A stretch of 64,000 nucleotides of DNA from an uncultured Acidobacteriota bacterium (GCA_963777605.1 CAVZRV010000030.1:128001-192000); one strand, 5' to 3'. Counted from the stretch's first letter, positions 48,890-59,634 are shown. Notes: generated by a model from the letters alone, not told the origin. Translations and numbers: made by a program.

Positions 48890-49931
48890 ATGAAGCAGCT
48901 GGATATTCCATCGATTGTGAATGAAGACGATCTCGAAATGGTCCTCTCCGAGCCCTATGACGAGGATGTGGAGGCCGCGAAGGATCTTCGAGGGGGTGTG
49001 ATCGTCCTGGGTGCCGGGGGGAAGATGGGCCCCAGCCTGGTGCGCCGGGCCCTGGCTGCGATGCGGCTTGCCGGCCTTGAAGACCCGTTGATCGCGGTTT
49101 CTCGCTTCGGTGATGTCCGGCAGCGAGAAGGACTGGAACAGTTGGGTGTGCGAACGATTTCGGCCGACCTTCTGGACGATCGGGCCCTGCAGTCTCTTCC
49201 GCAGCTTCCCAACGTGATCATGATGGCCGGAATGAAGTTCGGTACTTCGGGAAACGAACCGGAGACCTGGGCGATGAACAGCTACCTCCCCGGGAGGGTT
49301 GCCGAACACTTCAAGTCGAGTCGTATCGTGGCTTTCTCGACGGGTAACGTCTACCCCCTGGTGAAGCCTGGAGTCGGGAGGTTGCAGTGAATCGGACGCC
49401 TTGGGGCCGATCGGTGAATACGCCCAGTCGTGCCTGGGAAGAGAACGGGTTCTGTCCTACTTCTCAATCCAAAACGGGACCCCGCTTTGCATTCTGAGGC
49501 TGAACTATGCCGTAGAAGCTCGCTACGGCGTGCTTCTCGACATTGGGCGGAAAGTTTACAATGGGGACGAGATTTCCCTGGAAATGGGGCACGTGAACGT
49601 CATCTGGCAGGGGGATGCGAACTCGGTCTGTTTCCGCGCTTTCCGGCTCTGCTCGAGCCCTCCCGACATTCTCAATCTGGCCGGACCTGAGATCCTTTCC
49701 GTTCGGGAGATTGCCGAGTCCTTTGCCCGCCTGTTTGAAGTCGAGCCCAGGTTCTTCGGCCACGAGGGAAAACGCGCGCTGCTCAGCGATGGAAGCCGCT
49801 GCCGGTCGCTCTTTGGGGCCCCTCAAGTTGGAGTGGACCACGTTATCGAACTGGTCGCACACTGGATCAGGAAGGGCGGGCCGATCCTGGGCAAACCGAC
49901 CAAGTTTGAAGTCACCGATGGGAGATTCTGA
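48890..49931 (+). pseudogene. NAD-dependent epimerase/dehydratase split by a +1 frameshift near 49378 (possibly a sequencing error)
   Basis: LGAGGKMG, AGMKFG, FSTGNVY in first frame; GEYAQSCLGRE, RLNYA, GKPTKF in second. Confidence 0.8.
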
Positions 49932-49935
49932 ACCG

Positions 49936-50997
49936 ATGGAGATTGAGGCGCTGAGAGAGACCCTCTTGTCGGGGCTGGTGATTCCGGCTCACCCGCTGGC
50001 CCTGACCTCTGCCAGGACGCTCGATGAACGAAGACAGCGGGCCTTGAGTCGGTACTACGTGGCGGCCGGCGCTGGAGGAATTGCCGTCGGAGTGCACACC
50101 ACCCAGTTCGCGATTCACGACCCTTCTGTCGGGCTCTACCGGCCGGTCCTGGAACTTGCGGCCGACACCGTCGCGGAACGCGATCCGGCTTCCAACGGCT
50201 TTGTCATGATTGCGGGGCTGGTGGGCCCGACCACCCAGGCCGTCACGGAGGCGCAGTTGGCCCGGGAGTTGGAGTACGACTGCGGCCTCGTGAGTCTCGG
50301 GGCGTTGCGCCACGCAACGGATGACGAACTGATTGCCCACATCCGGGCGGTCTCGGAGGAGATTCCGATCTTCGGATTCTACCTTCAACCGGCTGTGGGA
50401 GGACGGGTCCTGGGATACTCGTTCTGGCGGCGTTTCATGGACATCGAGCGGGTGGTGGCGGTGAAGATCGCGCCTTTCAACCGGTACGGGACACTGGACG
50501 TGGTGCGAGCTGCGGTGGATTCCGGGAGACTCGGAGAGATTGCGCTCTACACTGGAAACGACGACAATATTATCGGCGACCTGATTACCCCGTTTCGCTT
50601 TCGATCCGGGGATGGCTGGCAGACAGCTCAAATTGCCGGCGGCCTCCTGGGGCAGTGGGCCGTCTGGACCTGGAAGGCTGTCCGGCTGTTGAAGGAAGTG
50701 CGCCAATACCGGAGCCACCTGCCGGTTTCCCAGGGCCACCTGCTCGAACTGAATGCACAGTTGACCGATGCCAACTCGGCCATTTTCGATGCGGCGAACA
50801 ATTTTCGCGGTTGCGTGCCGGGAATCCACGAGATCCTTCGCAGGCAGGGACTCCTGGAGGGGGCCTGGTGTCTTGATCCCGAGGAGTACCTGTCGGAGGG
50901 CCAGGCCGAGGAGATTGACCGGGTCTGCAAGGCGTACCCTCACCTGACCGACGATGCCTTCGTCGCCGAGCACCTGGACAACTGGCTCAAAGACTAG
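49936..50997 (+). CDS. Dihydrodipicolinate synthase (NAL) family aldolase
   Basis: VIPAHPLAL, VGVHTTQF, FYLQPAVGG, VKIAPFNRY, YTGNDD. Confidence 0.88.
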   Translation: MEIEALRETLLSGLVIPAHPLALTSARTLDERRQRALSRYYVAAGAGGIAVGVHTTQFAIHDPSVGLYRPVLELAADTVAERDPASNGFVMIAGLVGPTTQAVTEAQLARELEYDCGLVSLGALRHATDDELIAHIRAVSEEIPIFGFYLQPAVGGRVLGYSFWRRFMDIERVVAVKIAPFNRYGTLDVVRAAVDSGRLGEIALYTGNDDNIIGDLITPFRFRSGDGWQTAQIAGGLLGQWAVWTWKAVRLLKEVRQYRSHLPVSQGHLLELNAQLTDANSAIFDAANNFRGCVPGIHEILRRQGLLEGAWCLDPEEYLSEGQAEEIDRVCKAYPHLTDDAFVAEHLDNWLKD

Positions 50998-51026
50998 TGT
51001 AGTGTCACTATTGGCCCATTCCCGAG

Positions 51027-51947
51027 TTACGGATTGTTCTCCTTGAGGAGTTCGTCGAGCGTTGACTGCGGGATATCCAGCTTCGAGCTGTTGGCCTTCA
51101 GCCACTCCCGGAAGTCCTGCCGGATCTCCGGGCTCCAGCGAGTATCGATCTGGCCTGGAGTGTATTTGCCTTCGCGGAGTCGCTGGTGCCCAAAAGTGTC
51201 GCGCAGCATGGTCTTCTCCGCTTCGACGACGACTTTCTCAGCCAGGTGGGCCGGGACAAAGATGACACCTTCTCGCTTCGCCAGCACCACATCTCCCGGG
51301 AACACCGTCGCCTGGCCGATCCGGATGGGAGTGTTGAGCCCGAGGAGCATCATTTCGCTGATGGCCGTAGGATCCCAGCCCCGAACGAAGGCGTTGAACC
51401 CCTCAATTTCCTCCAGGCCCTCGAGGTCTCTGACCGAGCCGTTGAAAACGACCCCGTTGCGAGACTTGGCAAAGATCGAACTTCCCAGGTTGTCTCCGAT
51501 CAGGGTGCCATCCTTGATTTTCCCGAAGGCGTCGGCCACGTAGACATCGCCGGGCTGGAGCATGTCGATGGGCCACGAGTTCATGGGGCCGACCCGGCCT
51601 TCCGCATGACCCTTGTCCAGCATCCGTTTCTGGATCTCGGGACGCAGCGGAACGTAGGCGGCGGTCAGGGCTCTTCCCACGACGGGCTCGTCCGGATGGA
51701 TCATCATCCAGTCCCCTTCGAACTGGTTGTTGTAGCCGGCTCCCCGGAGCACTCCCCAGGCCTCCTCGATCGAGACCCGCTTCATGCGCTCGAGAATGCT
51801 GTCTGGAACTTTGGGACGGCCGTCGTCGAAACGCTCACCCGTCCACTCCTGGGTGTAGAAAGTCATCTGCTCCCGGGAGATCGTCTGGGCCAGGGCAGAG
51901 AGTTGCAGCAACAGTAGCGCCGCCAAAACAAGTACTGTCTTTTTCAC
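51027..51947 (-). CDS. RraA/HMG-aldolase family protein with signal peptide
   Basis: GRALTA, GDVYVAD, IGDNL, VRD, PGDVVLA...GVIFVP. Confidence 0.82.
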   Translation of the reverse strand: MKKTVLVLAALLLLQLSALAQTISREQMTFYTQEWTGERFDDGRPKVPDSILERMKRVSIEEAWGVLRGAGYNNQFEGDWMMIHPDEPVVGRALTAAYVPLRPEIQKRMLDKGHAEGRVGPMNSWPIDMLQPGDVYVADAFGKIKDGTLIGDNLGSSIFAKSRNGVVFNGSVRDLEGLEEIEGFNAFVRGWDPTAISEMMLLGLNTPIRIGQATVFPGDVVLAKREGVIFVPAHLAEKVVVEAEKTMLRDTFGHQRLREGKYTPGQIDTRWSPEIRQDFREWLKANSSKLDIPQSTLDELLKENNP

Positions 51948-52108
51948 AGTTTCAGTCCTTCCCGCTGTTCGAGGCTATGTGGTCGCCGATCATTGTACGC
52001 ATAAGGACCGGCAGCGCCAATAACAACGATGCAGGTCCGCCGTGTTACTTCAGCGGTATCACCGCCCGTCGCCATTCCGCAGTGATTGCGACCGGGTCGG
52101 TCGATATC

Positions 52109-52918
52109 CTACTTTCCGAAGATGTGATGCCGGAGTCCCATCAGGTAGCTCCCGAGCGAGGATCGGAGAAGGGCAGCGATGAAGCGGTACTTCAGGCCGG
52201 GAACGACGATGACTTTGCCGGATTCGAGCGCGCGCAGGGAGCAGGCGACAACTTCCTCCGAACTCATCCAGACCCAATTTGGAAAGGTCTCCCGTTCCGT
52301 TCCCTGGTACTGGTCCGTGCTGTGAAACTCGGTCCGGGTGTACCCGGGGCAGAGAGCCTGGATTCTGATCCCGTTGTCCCGAACGAGCGAATCCAGGTTC
52401 CGGGAAAACGAGTTGAGGTAGGCCTTGCTGGCTGAGTACCCCGGAGGGCTTCCCTCGGGAATGAAGGCGGCAACCGACGAAACGTTGATGATGAAGCCCT
52501 TGCCCCGTTGAATCATCCCCGGGATGGCCGCGTGAGTCAGGCGGACGGTCGCGGTGATGTGAACGTCGATCATGCGCTGGTGACGCTCGATAGGTTGCTC
52601 GATGTACGGACCCGAGACCCCGAAGCCGGCGTTGTTGACCAGGATCGTGAGGTCGGTAGTGGCCGCGATTCGGTCTTCCAGTTCTTGCACGAAGGTGCGG
52701 TCCGTAAGGTCTCCGGGGAGGATCGTGACCGGAACGCCATGTCGTGCGTGAAGGGATTCGGCAAGTTCGTTGAGACGATCGGTCCGGCGTGCGGTCAATA
52801 CCAGCCCGTGACCCTGGGCGGCGAGTTGCCGGGCGTACTCGGCGCCAAGGCCGGACGAGGCGCCAGTAATCAGGACGGTACTCGATGTAGTCTGTGAAGT
52901 CATGATCATTATTCTCAC
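52109..52918 (-). CDS. Short-chain dehydrogenase/reductase
   Basis: TGASSGLG, NNAG, SS, YSASK, CPG. Confidence 0.92.
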   Translation of the reverse strand: MRIMIMTSQTTSSTVLITGASSGLGAEYARQLAAQGHGLVLTARRTDRLNELAESLHARHGVPVTILPGDLTDRTFVQELEDRIAATTDLTILVNNAGFGVSGPYIEQPIERHQRMIDVHITATVRLTHAAIPGMIQRGKGFIINVSSVAAFIPEGSPPGYSASKAYLNSFSRNLDSLVRDNGIRIQALCPGYTRTEFHSTDQYQGTERETFPNWVWMSSEEVVACSLRALESGKVIVVPGLKYRFIAALLRSSLGSYLMGLRHHIFGK

Positions 52919-52938
52919 CCTCTCACCGGAGCAAGCGG

Positions 52939-55119
52939 TCAGACTTCGTCGAACAGGACAGGTGTCCCGGTGAAGCTGGGCGCGCTGCAGACCAGAATGG
53001 ATGTCGGCAGTCCTGCAAGTATCTTCGAGTAGCGTTCGAAGAAGGCGGCTCCGGTCTCTCCGGATTCGGGGAGCTGAAGCCCGAGCAGGACCAGGTCGGA
53101 GTCGTGACTGACCTCGTGCATCGTCTCGGCGATCGGCAGGGTTCCCCTCAGACGAACGATTCCTTCAACGTTGACCCGGCTTCGGGCCAGGATATCGTCC
53201 AGCCGCCTGCGAGCCGCCTGCCGCTGAGCCTCGTTGTCGACGACCGTAATCAGGCGAATCCTGCAATTCCGAAAACGGGGATGGGATTCGAGCAGGAACG
53301 CCAGCATCAGCATCATCGCACCGTTGCTCTTGAGTCCCCGCCACCAGATGTCAATTTGGCGCCCCATGCCGTAGCCGCGTTCCGGGTGGAAGCGGACGAC
53401 GAGGAGCGATCGGTCGAGCTCCCGGATATCTTTCAGCATGCCGGTATAGGAGTCGGCTCGCTCCGCTTTCGTGAGCCAGCCCATCAGGATCGTGTTGGGT
53501 TCCAGCGAGCCCAGTCCCTGGCTCATGACGCTGTTGACGGCCCCCCGGTAAATGTCTTCGACGATGTCTACTCGGCAGAAAACGTTGGGATAGTCTTCAG
53601 CGAAATGCCACTCCAGGATTCGGAGCAGTTCCTTCCGTCGCCCGATTTCTTCGGCGATCTTCCCCTTGAGCAGGTGCAGGTAGGTCACCATGCCACGGTC
53701 CTGGACGATCGCGGAGCCCAACTCGAGGAGATAGGAGCGCTTCGAGAGGCTCCCGGCGAGAACGACGAGGTGAGGGCGCCAGTTGAGTTCGTGGTACTCC
53801 GCGTGGCGTAATCGCTGTAGCGAAGTCAGTACGAGGGCCGACCAGATTCCATGCCGGGCGTCACCGTAGGTCGTGTCGAGTGATCGCTGCTTGGCGACCA
53901 GGTAGATCCCTGAGCAGACGAGGATTGCCGCGAGCATCGCCGGCAGGTTGATGATGCTCATGACGTAAAAGCAGGCTCCGGCCCCAATCAACCCAATCCA
54001 GGCCGGAACCCGGAACGAGGGGCGGAAGTTGGGCGAGGAGGCCCAACGTTCAAGTCCGAAGGCCAGATTGGTGACTCCATAGGTGGCCAGGAAGAACATG
54101 GTGAGAATTGGTGCGACCATGTCGAGACTTCCCAGCAGTATTCCGCCTTCCGCCAGGACGAAAGTCAGGATGAGTCCAGTCCGGGGTTCGCTGTTGGGAC
54201 CGTGCCCCTTCGCGAAAAGGGCAGGGGCCAGACGATCCAGGGCGAGCGCCTGGAGGGTCCTGGGTGCCGAAAGGAGACTCCCGATAGCACTCGACAAGGT
54301 GGCTCCCCAGATCCCCGCGTAAATCAGCTTGGGGACGCTCGCCAGCGTCCAGAAAACGTCATTCTGCTCGGACAGGGTCGGAAGATCGAAATTGAGCGCC
54401 AGCCAGATCGGTGCGGCGAGGTAGATGATCATCCCCACTGAGATGGCGGTGATGGTGCCCAGCGGAAGGGCCCGGCGGGGATTCTCGAGATCCCCGGACA
54501 TGCTGACCCCCGCCATGATCCCGGTCACCGCGGGAAAAAAGACGGCGAAGACGAGTGCGAATGGCGGGCCATCCGGGTTATACCAGGCGATCTCGGCCGG
54601 GGGGTGAGGGCTCCGTCCGGCAAAAAACGAGATCAGTGACAACACGATCGCCGCCATGACGACGTACTGGATCCGGATCGCAAAGCGCGCGCTCCGATAG
54701 GAAATCAGGGTGAGAAAGGCACAGGTGACCGTCCCTGCCAGTTGCATGTTCAGGTCGGGGATCAACCGGCGCAAAGACTCGGTGAAGCCGACGACGTAAA
54801 AGGTCACGCTCAGTGCCTGGGCCAGGAAGAGAGGGATCCCGATGGCTGCCCCTGCGGACGGGCCGAGGGACCGGCTGATCATGAAGTAGGCACCACCCGC
54901 CCGGACGGTCCGGTTGGTCGAGATGCTGGCGACGGAGAGCCCGGTGGAGTAGCTGATCAGGTGAGACAACATGACGATCAGCAGTGCTCCCATCAGCCCG
55001 GCGCTTCCGACCACCCAGCCGGTTCTCAGGTAGAGGACGACCCCGAGAATGGTCAGGACACTGGGCGTGAAGACGCCGCCGAAGGTTCCGAACTTTTGGC
55101 TGTTCCGTGTTTCGGTCAT
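52939..55119 (-). CDS. Cation-chloride cotransporter (SLC12-like) APC transporter
   Basis: GVFTPSVLTILGVVLYLR, GGAYFMISRSLG, FFPAVTGIMAG, SGDL, NWRP, IDIWW. Confidence 0.88.
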   Translation of the reverse strand: MTETRNSQKFGTFGGVFTPSVLTILGVVLYLRTGWVVGSAGLMGALLIVMLSHLISYSTGLSVASISTNRTVRAGGAYFMISRSLGPSAGAAIGIPLFLAQALSVTFYVVGFTESLRRLIPDLNMQLAGTVTCAFLTLISYRSARFAIRIQYVVMAAIVLSLISFFAGRSPHPPAEIAWYNPDGPPFALVFAVFFPAVTGIMAGVSMSGDLENPRRALPLGTITAISVGMIIYLAAPIWLALNFDLPTLSEQNDVFWTLASVPKLIYAGIWGATLSSAIGSLLSAPRTLQALALDRLAPALFAKGHGPNSEPRTGLILTFVLAEGGILLGSLDMVAPILTMFFLATYGVTNLAFGLERWASSPNFRPSFRVPAWIGLIGAGACFYVMSIINLPAMLAAILVCSGIYLVAKQRSLDTTYGDARHGIWSALVLTSLQRLRHAEYHELNWRPHLVVLAGSLSKRSYLLELGSAIVQDRGMVTYLHLLKGKIAEEIGRRKELLRILEWHFAEDYPNVFCRVDIVEDIYRGAVNSVMSQGLGSLEPNTILMGWLTKAERADSYTGMLKDIRELDRSLLVVRFHPERGYGMGRQIDIWWRGLKSNGAMMLMLAFLLESHPRFRNCRIRLITVVDNEAQRQAARRRLDDILARSRVNVEGIVRLRGTLPIAETMHEVSHDSDLVLLGLQLPESGETGAAFFERYSKILAGLPTSILVCSAPSFTGTPVLFDEV

Positions 55120-55238
55120 GTGTCTCGGTCGGCTATGGAGGCCCATGATACTGCCGAAAAAGAGAAAAACCTAGGGTGATGGGGACCGGTTTCTTGGGTA
55201 TGTCAAATCCTGGGTTTATTATCTAGGCTGGAGGAATC

Positions 55239-56546
55239 ATGAACAGAACGAACACGATTGGCAGAAGAGGATTCATGAAGGGAACTGCCGGCCTGGCTGC
55301 CACCGGCCTGGCTGCTACCGGAGTTTCGTCCGGGCGAGTGCTCGGAGCAAACGACCGGATAAGACTCGCAGTGTTGGGAGTGCATGGCAGAGGATGGGAC
55401 CATGTCCGGGGATTCATGAACCTGGACAATGTTGACGTCGTGACGCTGTGTGACCCGGACCTGGAGGTCGCAGAGGGCAGGGCCGCCGAGTTTCAGAAGA
55501 AATACGGTAGGGCCGTTTCCACGCAGCAAGACTTGCGGCGGGTATTCGACGACAAGGAGATTGATGCCGTTTCCATTGCTACCCCCAACCACTGGCACGC
55601 GCTGGCGACAATCTGGGCCTGCCAGGCCGGGAAGGACGTTTACGTAGAGAAACCTGGCTGTCACAACGTCTGGGAAGGCCGCAGGATGGTCGAAGCGGCT
55701 CAAAAGTACGACCGGATCGTCCAGCACGGTGTTCAGTTGCGCAGTTCACCCGCGATCCAGGAGGCTGTCCGTCACCTCCGGCAAGGAACCATAGGGAACG
55801 TCTACATGGCTCGGGGACTGGTGTTCCGCTGGCGGCCCGATATCGGGAACAAGCCGATGAGTCCGGCGCCCGAAACCCTCGACTACAACCTCTGGCTGGG
55901 GCCCGCCCAGGAGCGGCCGTTCTCGCGCAATTTCGTCCACTACAACTGGCACTGGCAGTGGGACTTCGGAAACGGCGACGTGGGGAACCAGGGAATTCAC
56001 GAGACTGACATGTGCATGTGGGGCCTCGGCGTCGGCCTTCCCGAGAAGATCACCGCGATGGGAGGCAAGTTCCTTTGGGATGATGCCAAGGAGACACCTG
56101 AGGTTCTCTCAAGCAGCTATCTCTATCCCAAGGAAGGAAAGATGATCGAGTTTGAAGTCCGTCCCTGGTGCACCAACCTGGAGGACGGTGCCGGCGTCGG
56201 AAACATCTTCTACGGATCCGAAGGATACCTGGTCATCTACGGTTACACCAGGTACGCCACCTTCCTTGGCGAGAAGCGGGAACCCGGTCCGACCCGCGAG
56301 GAAGAGGGCGACCACTATGCCAACTTCATCGAGGCGGTCCGCCAGCACGACACCAGCATCCAGAACGGACCGGTCGAGACGGCCCACCTCGGCGCCAGCC
56401 TGGCCCACCTGGGGAACATCTCCTACCGGTTGGGCCGCCAACTGGAATTCGACCCGGCATCAGAGCGGTTCGTGGGTGATGACGAAGCCGACACTTACCT
56501 GACGCGCAAATATCGGGAGCCCTTCGTTGTCCCCGAGAAAGTCTAA
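55239..56546 (+). CDS. Tat-exported Gfo/Idh/MocA oxidoreductase
   Basis: GRRGFMK Tat signal, ATPNHWH, AGKDVYVEKP, WLGPA. Confidence 0.9.
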   Translation: MNRTNTIGRRGFMKGTAGLAATGLAATGVSSGRVLGANDRIRLAVLGVHGRGWDHVRGFMNLDNVDVVTLCDPDLEVAEGRAAEFQKKYGRAVSTQQDLRRVFDDKEIDAVSIATPNHWHALATIWACQAGKDVYVEKPGCHNVWEGRRMVEAAQKYDRIVQHGVQLRSSPAIQEAVRHLRQGTIGNVYMARGLVFRWRPDIGNKPMSPAPETLDYNLWLGPAQERPFSRNFVHYNWHWQWDFGNGDVGNQGIHETDMCMWGLGVGLPEKITAMGGKFLWDDAKETPEVLSSSYLYPKEGKMIEFEVRPWCTNLEDGAGVGNIFYGSEGYLVIYGYTRYATFLGEKREPGPTREEEGDHYANFIEAVRQHDTSIQNGPVETAHLGASLAHLGNISYRLGRQLEFDPASERFVGDDEADTYLTRKYREPFVVPEKV

Positions 56547-57832
56547 TTGCCCCCGGCTTTGATCGTATCGAGGCCGTGCCCGTGAGGGCCGGCCTCATTC
56601 CGGTTCAGCAGAATCGCGAAGACCAGTCCGGCGATTCCCAGAGTCGAAAAGAGCCACATGCCGAGCGTGTAACCGCCCGGGTTGCCGGCACCGGCAAGGG
56701 AGAAGTCGTTCGCCCAACCGATCATGAAGTTGAACCCGGCCAGTCCAACGTTCTGCAACATCGTCATGAGCCCGTATGCGGTTCCGAGGCGTTGTTCTTC
56801 GACGACGTAGGCCACCGAAGGCCACATCACAGCTGGAATCAGTGAAAAGGCCACGCCCATCATCGACATCGGGACCCAGAGGCTTACCCCCGTGTAGGCC
56901 ATTATCAGGTAGACGGGCGTCAGGAGCAGAGAACCGGCGATCATCAGTTGGGACCGTTTGCCGATCCGGTCCGCCAGCAGGCCGAACAGTGGAGTGCAGA
57001 TCATGGCGAACAGGGTCAGCATGCTGGACAGAAAGCCACCCATCTCCCGGGTTGTGCCATGAGCCTCAATAAAGAATTTCACTGCAAAGGTCTGAAACGG
57101 GAAGATTCCGGAGTAGAAAGTGGCACACAGCCCGACGATGAGCCAGTACGATCGGCTGAACTTCAGTATGCTTCCCCACTCGATTTCGTCGGGTACATCC
57201 GCCTGGCCGAGTTCGTACCTGCGCTGGGCGGAGGATTCCAGAATCCAGTAGATGACGGCGCCGATGACACAGGTTATCGACATGATAAAGGCGATCCAGA
57301 GGGGCCCGTTCCAGGTGTCATAGTATCCGGAGGCCCACGACGGTGAGTTCAGGGCGGCGAAAGATCCCAACCGGGCGATCGTGAGGTTCAGTCCAAACGC
57401 GAAACTCAGCTCTTTTCCCTTGAACCACTTGGCCAGCGCTGTCGTTACCGCGACGATCAGCGACTCGGCGCCGAGACCGAAGATCAGCCGGCCCGCCGCC
57501 ATGGTCCAGAGGTCCCCCCGCAGCATTGTCACCGCCGCGCCAAGGACGCAGAGGACAGCAAAGATCACCGTCGATTTGCGGGTTCCGATTCGGTCAATAA
57601 TGAGCCCGCCGATCAGGACCATGAACACGTTGGGCAAGCTGTAGATGCCGTTCAGCGTGCCGATATTTGCGTCCGAGAACCCGAGGTTGCTCTTGAGAAC
57701 ATCAGCCAGTGGACTGATGCTGTCGTAGACGTAGTAGTTCCCGAACATGGCGACACTGACGAAAAACAAGACCGACCATCGCAGCAGAGCCGGTGGAGTT
57801 TTGGCTGCCGACGAGTTCATGTTCTCTTCCAT
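56543..57832 (-). CDS. MFS transporter (MFSD1-like)
   Basis: GNYYVYD, GLIIDRIG, GRLIFGLGAES, WFKGKEL, LGTAYG. Confidence 0.88.
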   Translation of the reverse strand: MEENMNSSAAKTPPALLRWSVLFFVSVAMFGNYYVYDSISPLADVLKSNLGFSDANIGTLNGIYSLPNVFMVLIGGLIIDRIGTRKSTVIFAVLCVLGAAVTMLRGDLWTMAAGRLIFGLGAESLIVAVTTALAKWFKGKELSFAFGLNLTIARLGSFAALNSPSWASGYYDTWNGPLWIAFIMSITCVIGAVIYWILESSAQRRYELGQADVPDEIEWGSILKFSRSYWLIVGLCATFYSGIFPFQTFAVKFFIEAHGTTREMGGFLSSMLTLFAMICTPLFGLLADRIGKRSQLMIAGSLLLTPVYLIMAYTGVSLWVPMSMMGVAFSLIPAVMWPSVAYVVEEQRLGTAYGLMTMLQNVGLAGFNFMIGWANDFSLAGAGNPGGYTLGMWLFSTLGIAGLVFAILLNRNEAGPHGHGLDTIKAGGN

Positions 57833-58017
57833 TTCCTTCAATCCTTGGGCGATTGACTGCCGGTTCTGGCGTTGACGAGAGAAACCGCAGGAGACCACAA
57901 CTTCCCCTGTTGGTCAAGAAACACGATTCATATAAACAAAATGAGAATCTCTTCGTCTAACAGAGATGTGACCGGTCAGACAGAAGAGGAAACATCAACA
58001 GACAAGGAGAAAAACTT

Positions 58018-58341
58018 ATGAAAAAGCTCTCGACTCTACTCTTCGTGCTGGTTCTCGGCCTCGCAGTCTTGCCGTCCGCACTGAATGCCAAAGACCACCG
58101 CGTGGAGTTCCCGAGCAAAGCCATCGTTAATGGAATCGAACTCGATGCGGGTCGCTACAAGGTACGTCTGGTTTCGGATGACACCGCTGAGTTCTATGCC
58201 GGAAAAAATCTGGTTGCCACTGCGAAAGTTGAGATCAAGCCGATTGGAAACGCCACGCCCAATAGCGTCAGTATGAAGAGGGACGGCAGGTTGGTTGAGA
58301 TCCGCCTCAAGAACGAAAGAGTCGTATTGGTCGAGTCCTAG
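58018..58341 (+). CDS. Small secreted hypothetical protein
   Basis: AAGGAG RBS, signal peptide, VNGIELDAGRYKV. Confidence 0.7.
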   Translation: MKKLSTLLFVLVLGLAVLPSALNAKDHRVEFPSKAIVNGIELDAGRYKVRLVSDDTAEFYAGKNLVATAKVEIKPIGNATPNSVSMKRDGRLVEIRLKNERVVLVES

Positions 58342-58373
58342 TCAGAAGGAATCGATTAGGTGACATTACGGGT

Positions 58374-58419
58374 GAGCCCAACCGATCGGCTTCCCACTCT
58401 TCCCCGGTCGGTTGGGCTC
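58374..58419. terminator. Long hairpin between convergent genes
   Basis: GAGCCCAACCGATCGG...CCGGTCGGTTGGGCTC 16-bp stem; no clear U tract. Confidence 0.5.
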
Positions 58420-58428
58420 GAGATGTCT

Positions 58429-59634
58429 TCAGCGAACCCGAAGCAGAAAGATAGTGACGTCGTCCTCGAACTCGTTGGCTCCGGAGAATTCCCGCGCTCT
58501 CGTCAGCAGGTGATTGGCCACGCCTTCCAGTGAGGAGTTCCGGGTCTCTTTCAGGTAGGAGAGAATACCCTCCACCCCGAAATACTCCTTGGCGGGATTC
58601 TGGATATCGACGAGGCCGTCTGTGAAGAGCGCAACCAGGTCTCCGGAATGCAGATGGACCTGGCCAACCGGGTACTTGGCTGTTTTGAACATTCCGAGCG
58701 GCGGGCCACCTCCAGGAAGCGTTCTAACGGTGCCATCCGGCGCAATGACAATCGGTTCGTAGTGGCCTGCATTCACGTACTCGAGTCGTCCCGATACTTC
58801 TTCCAACGATAGCAGAACACCGGTCAGGTACTGGATCAGTTCGTCATCGAGGTGGAGCATCGAGTTGAGGTGTTCGAACAGGGCGGGTAGGTCCCGGTGG
58901 CGCAGAATCTCCGACTGGATCAGGCCGCGAAAGTTTGACATGGTCAGCGCCGCTGCCATCCCGTGACCGCAGGCGTCGGCAAGGATGCACCGAACCGAAC
59001 CCTGTTGCGGTTCAAAGTAGTCGAAGTAGTCACCACCGACCAGCTTGGATGAAGTGTTCAACCCGTAGACTTCGCAGCGGTAGGTTTGAGGAGGCTTCTT
59101 GGGCAGGAAATTGAGCTGAATCTGGCGGGCCCGGTTTAGGTCATGAGGATCGAATTGCTGGCCCTTGTTGACCTCGAGCCGGGTCGACGACATAAACAGG
59201 CCAAGAAAGCGGCTCACCATGAGCGCCCATTCACGCCTTTGGGGTGTGATCTCGACCGGGCCTTCATTTTCAAGCACGATGGCCGCCTCGAGAATATCCC
59301 TGAAGTAACAGGGGATGATGAGGTACTGGGGTGCCTTGGCCGACAGGAACGGTTCCCGTTCGAGCAGGGCGCGCTGGATTTCCATCTCTCCGAAACTGCG
59401 CTGGAGTCGGTAGCGGGCATCGGCCGGGTAGCCCTCGAAAAAAAGTAGGTTGAAGTGGTCGGTGTTCTCGTAGTAGTCGATCAGGCTGATCCGCCGAGTG
59501 CTGAATACCGAGGCGACGGACGGAAGGATCCCCCCCATGTATTCATTCAGCCCGGAAGTCTCAGTGAGGAGGTGGACCATCTCCTGGGCGAGAAGCGAGG
59601 CTTCCGGGTTGTCGAAAGGCGGCTTGGAACTCAT
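58429..59634 (-). CDS. SpoIIE/PP2C-type serine phosphatase with GAF-like N-terminus
   Basis: VGGDYFD, ADACGHG, NAGH, FTDGL, EDDVT. Confidence 0.9.
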   Translation of the reverse strand: MSSKPPFDNPEASLLAQEMVHLLTETSGLNEYMGGILPSVASVFSTRRISLIDYYENTDHFNLLFFEGYPADARYRLQRSFGEMEIQRALLEREPFLSAKAPQYLIIPCYFRDILEAAIVLENEGPVEITPQRREWALMVSRFLGLFMSSTRLEVNKGQQFDPHDLNRARQIQLNFLPKKPPQTYRCEVYGLNTSSKLVGGDYFDYFEPQQGSVRCILADACGHGMAAALTMSNFRGLIQSEILRHRDLPALFEHLNSMLHLDDELIQYLTGVLLSLEEVSGRLEYVNAGHYEPIVIAPDGTVRTLPGGGPPLGMFKTAKYPVGQVHLHSGDLVALFTDGLVDIQNPAKEYFGVEGILSYLKETRNSSLEGVANHLLTRAREFSGANEFEDDVTIFLLRVR

